From positions 2,604,001 through 2,668,000 of the forward strand of contig CM074813.1 of the NCBI GenBank assembly GCA_037447605.1: 64,000 nucleotides of DNA, given 5' to 3'. The notes beneath the pieces were generated by a model that was not told the DNA's origin, ran no database searches, and saw only the letters and a list, made by a program, of their open reading frames with translations. How positions within the stretch are numbered: position 1 is the first letter of the stretch; each line of letters begins with the position of its first letter. The position numbers were made by a program, and so were the translations under genes. The DNA comes from Zygnema circumcarinatum SAG 698-1b (taxonomy: Eukaryota > Plantae > Zygnematophyceae). This document shows positions 12,431 to 28,721 of the stretch, piece after piece.

Positions 12431-15400
12431 ATGTCGAAGGGCCGGCAGGGGTTCAGCGCGGGGCAGGCGGCGCTGCTGGGGCTCTGCGTGGCGGGCATTT
12501 GGGCCTCGTACCTCACGCAGGGCGTTCTGCAGGAGGACTTGTACGGCGAGGACCCGGGGAGAGGGAGGGAGGGGGAGGGAGGGGTGGGGGAGAGAGAGGG
12601 AGGGTGGGGGGGGGGAAGGTTGAGAGGAGAGAGGGAGGGGGGGAGGGAGGGAGGGAGGAGGGGAAAGAGAGAGAGGGAGGGAGGGTGGATGGGAGGAGGG
12701 AGGGTCGGTGGGAGGAGGGAGGGAGGGAGGGAATGCGGGGCGGTGGGGGAGAAGGGGAAGGAGGGAGAGAGGGGGAGGGAGAGGAAAGGTGGTTCTCAGT
12801 TTCAGGTAGTGATCCAATGGTGGATCTGCTGTGTGTTGCCTCGCTGAAGGAGAAGAGGAGGGAGAGAGCGTGTGGGTGTGTGTGAGAGAGTGAGAGATGG
12901 AGAGAGAGAAAGGGGGAGAGAGGTATTAGGGATTTTAGCTCAATATTTGTGGAACTTCCTGAGAGTTGAGTGTCTGAGGGCATGGTGCCCATGTTTCTCT
13001 CTCTCAGCCTCTCCCTCTCTCTCTATCTCTCAAGCTACAAACCTCGTATTCAACCTTCACTTATTATTATTATTATTATTATTATTCACTTATTTGGAAA
13101 AATCTTAGGTCAGATAGAACTGTCGTTGATTTTCTCTTTAATTGGGGGGGCTGTTGGGGAGGGAGGCAGGTCCTTGAAGGAATTCGCTCCTGATGGAAAG
13201 CGATTTGAGCATTTGGCCTTCCTTAACCTTGCCCAGTGTGTTGTTTGCTTCGTATGGGCTGCTATCAGTGAGTCCTCGCCATCTCTCTCTCTCTCTTTTC
13301 CCCTCCCCCCTTTCGCTCTCCGTCCCCCTCCCCCTCCTCTTTCAATGTACACCCTTGTCCGCTCTTTTGTTAATCTCCGTGTATCAATATCCTCTTCCGA
13401 AAAGTATTCGCGACATCTTATCTTCTTTCAGGTTCGCCTATCCATGAAACAAACGCTGTTCTTAAGTTTTCCCTCCCTGAACCGCAATGCATAAAGTCAC
13501 CGCTTTGGCTGCAGTGCTCCTTTTTTGGAGAAATGAGGCGAACTCGCAGCCTCCGGTGTATGCGTATTGGAGTCCGAGCGTTACAAACTCCATCGGACCC
13601 GCCTGCGGACTTATCGCATTGAAATACATCAGCTATCCTGCTCAGGTACTGCCAATGTTAGGTTTAGGGTTTTAGGCCAACAGAATGGGGAGTCTACATG
13701 GGAAAGTGGTGCATTCTCTCTTTCTCACTTTCACTCTCCCATTGTCTCTCTCCTCCTCTCTCTTGGCTTGCCTTTCCCCGGTTTGTAGAGAACGCGATAT
13801 GCTTCTTATGCGGAGAATGACTCCACCTCTCTGTGCTATAAGTGGCCCTAAAAGTCCTCCAAACGTGGCCATAGAAGAAGTGCTGCCAAAGCTTTGACAT
13901 TTAATTCGAATGTTGTACTTGCGGGGCATACAGGTCCTTGCCAAATCGTCAAAAATGATTCCAGGTAACAAAAGCTCCCCTTCGATTAATTTAACATGTA
14001 TAAATAAGCATTTAAAACTCCAGTAACGAAAACATTAAAACTAGTTACGTCCCTCCCAACTTTCTGCCGTTGGCTCTCCTTTAGAACATTTAAGGAGCTC
14101 CGATGATGTAGCAGTAGCAAGACGCATCGGCGACATATCATCCGTCCTGCATTGGTGATGTCACGGGTGCCCGCAGTGATGTTGATGGGAGCCCTCATAT
14201 ATCGAGTGCACTACACCGTCCCGGAATACGTTTGCACTCTCCTTGTGGCGGGAGGTGTTTCCGTGTTCGCTCTGTTTAAGGTTAGTTCTACCTGACGGTT
14301 CTGTGCTGAATTTAGGATCAGTATTTAGATGTAGGAGAGGAAGGATCGACTTGGAAGTGAGAAGCGTGTGCTATGTCTTCGAAGATCAGGTGGGGAGGGG
14401 GAGTGTCAGAGGGAGCGTGAGGGAGGGAGTGAGAGGCGAGGAGGGGTGGGAAAGAGGGAAGTGTTGAGGAGTGAGAGAGAAAGAGAGAGGTGAGAAGGGA
14501 GGAGAAGAATCGAAAGCCAGTTTCCGTGTCGAGAGAGGTGAGGGCAAGGTCGGGAGGTAGGAGAGAGGAGGGAAGGGAGCTGAGGGGGCAAATGACAAAG
14601 GGTGAGAGAGAAGATCATGAGGACAAGATGTGGAGCATATGTCTGATGATGCCATGCATGCATGCATGCGCTTGCAGGGGTCCTCCAAAGCCAGCAGCCG
14701 CCTGGCCCATCCCAACGCTGCCATTGGCTACGCGCTGTGCTTCCTCAACCTCGGAATGGACGGCTTCACTAACGCCACGCAGGACTCCATTTCCAGAAAG
14801 TGAGTGCGATGACTCGTCTAGCTTACTCTCACCTGATATCAATTGGCATACCTCGGGGGTTGAAATTTGGAAATGTAGAAGAAGCACTAAGTAATTATGT
14901 GTTTAAGGGAGCGAAGCCACCCTCAAGGGGTTAATGAACCAAAAGAGTCTAAACCCTGAACCAAACCCGAACACCGAAACCCCCTGCAACCTCTAAAACT
15001 TCAAAGCTCCTAAACCCCGAACCCTAAAGCCTGCAGAAAACCGACCCAAATGTGCCTGTTGACCTCTCTCTCACTGGCCCTTTCTACATCTTCCAATGGC
15101 GTTCCGTGCGCTTCTATTTCCTTTCTGTATAGTTAGATAGTGTTCAAAACTAAGTATCTCCATCCTTTCTTAACTGTGTTCCATGTGGTTATGTGTGTAT
15201 TTATCGTTGGATGGTGTGTATTTGCAGGTACCCCAAAACGAGTACATATCACATGATGATGGGAATGAACTTTTGGGGGTCTCTCTACATGATAATATAT
15301 ATGTTCGCATGGCCCAATGGGGGGGGGTACGAAGCCGTCGAATTTTGCCAGACCCATCCGAAGGCATTTTTTGACATTCTCATTTTCTGCCTCTGCGGTG

Positions 15401-15693
15401 CGATTGGGCAAAATTTCATTTTTATGACAATCAGCAATTTTGGGGCCTTGGCAAATACGACAATAACGACTACCCGCAAGTTTATGAGCATTTTGATTTC
15501 GGCTCTATGGACCGGAAATCCGTTGACCGTTGAACAGTGGTTTGGCGTTTTCATGGTTTTCAGCGGTCTGTCGTACCAAATCTATTTGAAGTGGCGGAGG
15601 GGTAAAAATAAGCATAAGTTGCGGAAAGAGGAGGGGGCGCAAAACGGGGACTTAAATGGGGTAGAGACCAAGGGATCAAAAAAGGAGAGATGA
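12431..15693 (+). CDS. UTR3: UDP-galactose/UDP-glucose nucleotide-sugar transporter (UTr1/UTr3, SLC35B1 family)
   Basis: LCVAGIWASYLTQGVLQE, KRFEHLAFLNLAQ, ALKYISYPAQVLAKSSKMIPVMLMG, LCGAIGQNFIFMTISNFGALANTTITTTRKF, GLSYQIYLKW match plant UTr1/3; exons join in phase. Confidence 0.95.
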
Positions 15694-16571
15694 CTCCCCA
15701 CGTGGCTTGACTTAGTTAAAAGTTGACTTTGAGATGCGATGATTCTTTTGTGCGTCGTAGGTAATCTACGTGCACTGCGAACTAGTGAAACTGAATTGAC
15801 ATCTCTCACATAGAAATTGCATGGATTGATTCTTTCCCTCTATTTCTTCATTGTTGAAATTTGGATGTGTTTGTTCGAGAATTGAAGTGGTTTCTGTAAT
15901 ATGCTCAATGGATTACGGAGTCAGCCCTGTTGTTCCATTCTCGCCTCTCTCCCGTTCTCTACGACTTCCTCTCCCTCCCCTCTTGTTCTCCCAGTCTCAG
16001 TTCCTCATGTTTTCCCCTTCTTCTCCTTCCCACTCTAAGCCCCTCTGCCTCCCCCCTCCCCCTCAACCCTTCCTCAGCCTCTCCCCCCTCCGGCTTTCGG
16101 CTCCACCCTTTCCAACTGCACATCTTACATCAAGCAACGAATTCTGCTTAAGTGGCACTTTCTGAAAAGTAAAAAACATTTCGAGACCACTTTTATTCAC
16201 TGTACGGAAAATGGAGCTTAGAGTCTCAAAACCCTAAACTCTAGTGCCCTTCCCAAACCACTTTAAAGGGCACCGCATCCATATTATGGGTTGCTTTTTT
16301 CTCCTATTCTCAAATTCTATTGGTACTTTTCACAATGGCCAAATCTCCACTATTGGAACTGACCCGCATTTGGACACAGAACGGAACAAAACCTCGAGTC
16401 TGTTCTATGCCGCTGCTTATTATCCAGAGTCAACCTGAATGGCTTTATTCTTTCAAAGAATTTTCTAATTTTTAAGGGATCCGTTTTTTAATTATTTTCA
16501 TATGGCCTCCATACTCCTCCTTATATCCCTATACCAATTATTTTATCTACCTTTTCCACAATCCCATTTTC

Positions 16572-21598
<5,027 letters not shown>

Positions 21599-22169
21599 CT
21601 GGTAAAAAAAAAAAAAAAAAGGTCAAAGAAGAGGAGGAGAAGTGGGGGCGTAGAGGGCTAAAATTTGATGATAAATTGGAGCAAAAAAATTAAAAAGAAT
21701 TCACAACTGAATTTTCTTGAAAGCCTTGGGGTATAAATACTGCATTACGGATTCAGCTCTAGCGAACTTGCATACATAGAAACAGTACAGCGCATACCGT
21801 AATGCAAGTCGGAAAAAATGACGACTTTGAAATTTCCATTTTTTGAAAAAGCCAACGGAAGCTTAATTTTCGCGCGTACAGTAGTTCCTGAAAATTCCGA
21901 ACACCCCATTTATATCCCAACCCCAATAATCTTTTTTGACAATTTCCTTTTCGCGCCATTTCTTATGGGCTTAAGAAATTAGAGAACGAATTGCAAAAGC
22001 GAGGCTGGTTCTTTTAGGATCAAATTGCTGCAAAAAAAAAAAAAGGGTGGCAAAAAACCTTGAAAGAGAAAGGCGAGGAGGCAGAAGAAGTTGAGAAGTA
22101 AAAATAATCCCATTTTCCAGGCAGGCCTGCTTCGAACCGCCCAAAAAGATCGACGTAAAATAAAAAAAA

Positions 22170-22445
22170 ATGAGTGAGAGGGATGAGAGAGAGAGAGAGT
22201 GGGAGAGAGTGTGTGTGTGTGAGAGAGAGAGTGTGTGAGAGAAAGAGAGTGTGTGTGAGGGAGAGTGTGTGTGAGGGAGAGTGTGTGTGAGGGAGAGTGT
22301 GTGTGTGAGAGAGAGTGTGTGTGTGAGAGAGTGTGAGAGAGAGAGAGTGTGTGTGTGAGAGAGAGAGAGAGTGTGAGTGTGAGAGAAAGAGAGTGAGAGA
22401 GAGAGTGAGCGTGTGAGGGAGAGAGTGTGTGTGTGAGAGAGAGAA
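22170..22445. repeat. Compound (GA)n(GT)n microsatellite
   Basis: Alternating gagaga and gtgtgt tracts. Confidence 0.9.
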
Positions 22446-22544
22446 AGAGGGGGAGGGAGAGATGGAGAAGAAAAGGAAATGAGAGTATGAAATGTAAGAA
22501 ACAAACTGAAACCTCGAAAAGGAGCAGAGGGGCGAGGGCGCTCA

Positions 22545-23330
22545 CAGAACCCTGAACCCTTAAACCCTAAAGCCCATGTACGGACCCTAAGCCCTTCAAT
22601 CATAAACCCTTCAATTAAACTCTAAAGTGTTAAATAGCCCTTGAACCTTAAACCCTAAAGTTTATGTACGGACCCGAACCCTAAAGCCTTAAGTAAGCCC
22701 TAGACCCTTAAACCCTTAAGCCCTTAATAAAATCCTAAACTGTTAAATTGCCCTTGACCCTTAAACCCTAAAGCCAATGTACGGACCCTATGCCCTTAAA
22801 CCCTTAAGCCCTTGATAAAACCCTACGCCCTTGAATATGCCCTCAACCCTTAAACCCTGCAGCCAATGTACCGACCCTAAGCCCTTAAACCCGAAAGCCT
22901 TAAGTAAGCCCTAGACCCTTAAACCCTTAGCCCTTAATAAAATCCTAAACTGTTGAATTGCCCTTGACCCTTAAACCCTAAAGCCAATGTACGGACCCTA
23001 GGCCCTTAAACCCTAAAGCCTAAAGTAAGCCCTAGACCCTTAAACCCTTAAGCCCTTCATAAAACCCCACGCCCTTGAATAAGCCCTTAACCCCTTAAGC
23101 CCTTCATAAAACCCCACGCCCTTGAATAAGCCCTTAACCCTTAAACCCTAAAGCCAATGTACCGACCCTAAGCTCTAAAACCCTAAAGCCTTAAGTAAGC
23201 CCTAGACCCTTAAACCCTTAAACCCATAAGCCCTTGATAAATCCCTAAACCCTTGAAAAAGCCCTTAACCCTTAAACCCTAAAGCCTTTGATAAAACCCT
23301 ACGTGCTTAAATGAACCTTACACCTTTTTA
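22545..23330. repeat. Telomere-derived satellite of degenerate CCCTAAA/CCCTTAA heptamers with a ~210-bp higher-order repeat
   Basis: CCCTTAAACCC landmarks recur at 22758/22968, 22793/23003 and 22705/22916; TGTAC(G/C)GACCC marker about six times. Confidence 0.8.
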
Positions 23331-26105
23331 AACCCTGAACCCCTCAAAGCCGTTAAACCCTGTCGACCCGCTCACTTTAGAGCTCTATTTGCCGTTTTGA
23401 ACTTAAACCCTAATTTTTTTGGGCCCTGAACCCCTCGCACTGAAAAGACCCTAAAACCCTGACATCCCGTATCCCGAAAACCCTAAGCCCCGCGAAAACG
23501 ACAACCTTAAACCCTAAACCCTTTCGATCCAGTTCACACTGACATTGCAGTGGGAACGCGGACAAATTCAGCCCACTTAGCGGAACTCATCCGGTGTGAA
23601 CACACCGGAGGAGACCTGTCCCCTCCGCCCGCCACGTGGCATCGCCTTATCGAGGCACGAAACTTTTAGGCAGTGAGCGTCGTCCGTATGTTCCGTACAT
23701 ACGTTCGTACAGGTGTCCGAAAATGTGGGTGTACGGACCACTGAAGTTAGGGAGGGGTGATTTTTTGGCTCTGTTCAAAAATCGTGACCTCAAATTTGCA
23801 AAACGATCATGTGTTTTTGTTTGGACTTTAAAATTCGCTAATTTTGTCGCAAGGGGGCTTGTCTCCATGTGGGCCGGCGGCCTTCGACGTCGTCCGAGGT
23901 GTGTCGACATCGGCACTTGCAGGAGAGATCAGCAGATTCCGCCACGTGGGCACACGCAATCCCGAAGGCCACGCGCCGCCCGCAAGCGGACAAAAGGGTG
24001 CCGCCGTGTGAACGCATTTTTCGAACGTTCTCCGCCGCTCAGTCCCCGTCGTTTATCGTGTCCGGGATTCGCGGTCCACGTGGGGAGCCGCAGCAGTCAA
24101 GTATGATCGCCTGCCACGTGGCTTGCGTGATCCGAACAGACGAATCCTTGTCGCGTCACGTATCAACCGACCTTTTGTCCGTTAGCGCCGGGGTAATGCG
24201 GTCGGCATCTTGCACCACTTGTCCCACGCGCCAAGGAGATGCCACGTGGGCCTGGCCGCGGCCGTACACGTGGTGGCCGCTGCGGCATTTATGGCGCGCC
24301 GAGGGGGGACTCAAATTGACTCGAGGCGGGTTCCCCGCTGGAGGGAGCGGGCGGGCGGGCGCATTTATGGCGGCCTGGGCGGGCGGAGGATCCGATCGGA
24401 TCACGCTACGTGGCAGGGCGTACTTTATCGGGCAGCAGGGGGAATGTTTTGGGTGGCTGCCCTTGAGGTAAAGGAAGCGGCCGGGAGTTAATGGCCGTTG
24501 AACGCGCCAGAGGACACCGCCGCGGTCATCATGATCCAGACGATGGAAAAAAAAAAAAACAAGGGGGGGTGGGGAAAGGGGTGGGGGATCGAACTAATTA
24601 AGGAATATCGAGAAGGCCACTGACGGGACGCGCCCGGACCGGACGGACGTTCCGGGTCTCCCAGAAAACGGGACTCCGAAATTCCGGCGCATGGAACGAC
24701 CAGCGAACTTCCTCGAAGAAAGGGGTCCTCGAGGAGACCGTACGGCCGAAATGGGACCCGAGAGGTCCTTGAGCCCGACGTGGCAGCCCATGATTGGTCA
24801 AAAATTTGGCTTCGGAGAAATATTCGCAAAATGTGGAATCCAAATTCCGTTCGGTCGTTGCTCCGGACCGTTCGGTTGCGCCACGTCAGCCCCGATCCGG
24901 ATCCGGAGCAAACGAAAGCGAAATGTACGGACCACGCGACTGCGCGTTCGCAAAACGACAAAAGTAGTCGTTGCAAATTCCGTTTTCCGCCGCTCCGCGG
25001 TTCGCGGCCCCGGGCGGCGGTCGTTGGCGCGTTCCTCAGGTCTGAGGGGGGGGATTTTGTCTCTTTGTCCTCACCGGGACCACTAATCGTACGGACGTGC
25101 CGGCGCGCACTCATTTTCGTACAAATCCGTGCCGACATTGTTCTGTCGCGTAGCTGTAATCGCCGCTCAATACTGACGGACTACCTCACGTGGCAAATGC
25201 CCATTGGTAGCGCATTTAATGGAACCATACGGTCAGGTCTGGCCCTGACGCCCTCTGCAACTTGGCCAGGCCGCCGCTTCAAGGCCCACAGCCAACCTCT
25301 ATGCGCCACGTGTAGAACTTTACTACGTGGCGAATTTCTATTGGAGGTCCCGTCAGTGTGGTCCCGTCCCGAAGACCCTGAACCCCGCCCGCATCAGTTT
25401 CCCGCCCGCATCATTTCGCATTAAATGGGCTGTACCTTCGGGGCCGCGTTGACCGCCGGACGGCGCCTCTTTGACTCGAGCAAATCGTTTCCGCTCCCTG
25501 CCCGAAAAAAAATATAAAAAGAATTTCGGCATTGATCGCACCATCAAATGGGCGCGGACAAAACCCCACACGGAAACCCTACGAAAAAAACCACAAAACT
25601 GTCCCCAGCCAATAGAAATCGTCCTTTACCCGTGCCAAAGCTCCTTTCTAGCCCTGTGACGTCACAGTCTCGTCGCCGCCTTTATCACGAGTCCCGCGTT
25701 GCGACAAAACGACCACGTCACGACCCCCCCGGCGAGGCCCGCCCGTCACGTGGCGCGTGGCCGCGCTGGCTCCCGCGGGCTGCCCGAAAGAAAACAAAAA
25801 GTTTGGCGCGGGACGGCGGGGACGAGCCAAGGGCCGGCCGGCGCGGCGGCGGCAGCAGACAGGAGGCGCATTGGCGATACGATACGGTACGATACGATAC
25901 GGCGAGGTTACGCCAGCCGCTTATAGCGCCCAGAGGACCCTCCGACCCCACATCAGCGCCTGACAGGGGGGAGGGAGAGGGAGAGGGAGAGACCAAGAGG
26001 GAGAGACCAAGAGGGAGAGACCAAAAGGGAGAGAAAAAAAGAGAGAGTCAGGAAGTGAGAGATAGGGAGAAAGAGAGAGAGTGGGAGGAAGGGAGAGAGG
26101 GAGAG

Positions 26106-28721
26106 ATGACGAGGACTCCGTGCTGCGACAAGCAGGGCCTGAAGAAGGGGCCATGGACGCCCGAGGAGGACGAGAAGCTGATCAAGTACATCAGCGCGCA
26201 GGGGGAGGGCAACTGGAGCTCCGTGCCCAAGAAAGCAGGTCAGTTGGGAAATCCGTTCAACGGAAACGAAACGGAACTGGACATGTCCCGAGATCCGCGT
26301 CAGTTTGACCCCATTTTTGGCATTTTGCATGGAAGGCGGAGGGAGGCGAATGAGGGGCAGATCTGGGAACACTTTGCGCTTCTCCCTTTGTTTTTTTTTT
26401 TTTTGGTTTGGCTTTAGAAATAAGATTGTATGTAGGACGCTTTGGCAGATTCCTTATTATTATTATTTTTTTTTTTTCTGCGGGTTAAACAGGCCTGATT
26501 CGTTGCGGAAAGAGCTGTCGGCTGCGATGGGCCAATTACCTCCGCCCTGATCTGAAGAGGGGGATTTTCACAGAAGAGGAGGAGCAGCTTATCCTTGACC
26601 TGCACAAAGCCATCGGAAATAGGTCAGTAGGCTTTAAGAATGGCTGAAAACATTGACTGAAAAAACATCAAATTCCGGATTAATCTAAGAGACCCCCAGT
26701 CCGGTTTTCCGCTCAAAACCCACTTTTTACTTTTTCAAATCCGTGCTCTATTCCTTGTTTCCCGTAAGCTTTATAGTCTACTGAAATGCTGACCCCCTCT
26801 TTGCTGTGCTCAGATGGGCCCGTATTGCGACTGAGCTTCCCGGACGGACCGATAATGACATTAAAAATTTCTGGAATACGCGAATTAAACGAAAATTGCG
26901 CGATATGGGGATCGATCCTGTGACCCACAAGCCTCTCTCCCAGGTGGAAGGTTCCGAGAAGGAGCCGAAAGTGACCCGCAGAGGACCCCCTCCTGGAGAA
27001 GCGAGCCGTCGGAATAAGAGCACACCCCAAAAGAACCTTCTAGAAGGCTCTGCTCCCTCCGGAACTCCCGCTTTAAAGCCTGCCATTTCTGCAATTTCTG
27101 CTGCAGGATTCTCTGCAAAAGGGGTCAAACTGAGCCGTGGAGTTTCAGACTCTAAGGGGTTGAAGGAGGTGGAGGAGGGAGAGGTTGAGGGAGAGGGAGA
27201 GGGAGAGGGGGAGGGAGAGGGACAGGGGGAGGGAGAGGAAGAGGGAGAGGGAGAGGAAGAGAGTGGCAGTGGGAGTGAGGGTGAGAGCGGTGAGGTAGGC
27301 GAGAAGAGGAAGAGAGAGAGAGCTGTGGGAGGAGGAGGAGGAGGAGCTACCACAGTAGTGACTTGGGCCGGACGGAAGCGCTCCTCCCGTCGCCACGTGG
27401 CGGTCGACTATTCGGAGAGAGCGAGCGATGCCGAGTCTGTGGGAGACAGTGGAGAGAGGCAGGGAGGGAGAGGGAGAGGGAGAGAGAGAGAGAGAGGCAG
27501 CCATGACTCCTGCGAAGAAGACGATGAGAGCATGCTTGATGATGATGAGGGAGAGACCCCTGCCTCTCCCACCAGCGTTATCCGCCAACAGGGGGGGGCT
27601 GCTTTGGAGGAGGACGGGGGGGCGGCCCCCCGCCATGTGAAGCAGAGGCTGGAGGGGCCCTTTGGGGGGAGGCTCAGTTTGGTCATTCCGTCGGAGCCAA
27701 CGGGTTCCATGCTGCCGTTGTCCGCTGGGGCGACGCCGACGGAACTGGGAACGGGAACGGGACAAGTGAAGATGGAACTGTCCTCGCCGAAGTTGGAGGC
27801 CGGAGGATGTGGGCTCCTCAGCCCGTCTCTGCTTAAGCAAGGGTGAGTCAGAGGGTTTATAGTTTAAAACTTCAAAACTTTTTAATGTAGGTTAATTTTT
27901 GTCCGTGAAAATGCAACGTTTTTTTCTGTTTAAGATTAGCATACTAGTCGAGGCTAAAACATCTTTTAGTTATTAGTTTTTTTTTTTTTATTTAGTTCTT
28001 TTTCTCATGGGGTGATGAGTGCCTCCAGATTAGCTTCAAGCGTGTAATGCGCACCACTGCTTCTTATAAAGTTTAAAAAAAACTCTGGACCTGACAAGAG
28101 TTTTTTTTTTTTTTTACATTTTACAGACTTTTTAATTCCGATTCTGTCGAACCCTTCTGGTGGGCGATCTCCTACGAAGCCGACCCTCTCTCCTTCGACC
28201 CTGCCAGCGTGACAGCTGTCACGCCTGCACAACCTGAAGCCGTTGACTGCAAGCCGGACCTGATCGGAGATTTGACTTCCTTTGACCGACCAATGGCGGC
28301 CGAGACAGACATTGGCCGAAACCGGGAGCTTCGATCCGCCGTAAAAATTGAAACTGACAGTTTAATGAATTGGCAAGGCCGCAACGGATTTGCAACGGAG
28401 GACCCACATGGAGACGCTTTGAAGGTGGTCGAGAGTCTGTGGAACTTTGAATATGGGGGGTTCGAGCCGCTGCAGCTCCCTGTGACGGATTCCGTCGTGG
28501 GCAACGGACAAGGGGGGAACGGAACGGCGCCGGTCCAGAACTCATGGAGCGACTTCTTTGGAGCGAGTCCTAGGTGGGGCGCGTTGAACGGAAACGGAAA
28601 CGGAAACGGAGGACATGGACATGGAGACTTGTTCGGATCAAGGGGCCAAATGGGGTTTGCGGCGCTCCTGAGCCCTCGGACGCAGTGGACGGCATCGCAC
28701 GCCGGCCTAATTTCGCAATAA
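26106..28721 (+). CDS. R2R3-MYB transcription factor, subfamily-VIII-like (exons 26106-26238, 26493-26622, 26814-27842, 28127-28721)
   Basis: [29 protein letters not shown]...AG|[23 protein letters not shown]...GNR|[40 protein letters not shown]; classic phase-1 and phase-2 MYB introns; exon 4 joins in frame. Confidence 0.93.

Noticed and set aside
21700-22140. Candidate first exons or LisH domain of KATNAL2
   Set aside because: No consistent donor/acceptor chain or convincing LisH motif could be built by hand.
23636-25500. Several overlapping 100-216 aa ORFs
   Set aside because: Open on both strands and in several frames because the DNA is GC/CpG-rich; no motifs, codon bias or splice structure.
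27769-27790. KMELSS in the first MYB resembles GAMYB Box2 (miR159 site)
   Set aside because: The DNA (TGGAACTGTCCTCGCCGAAG) does not match the miR159/319 target and the PSxQ residues are missing.
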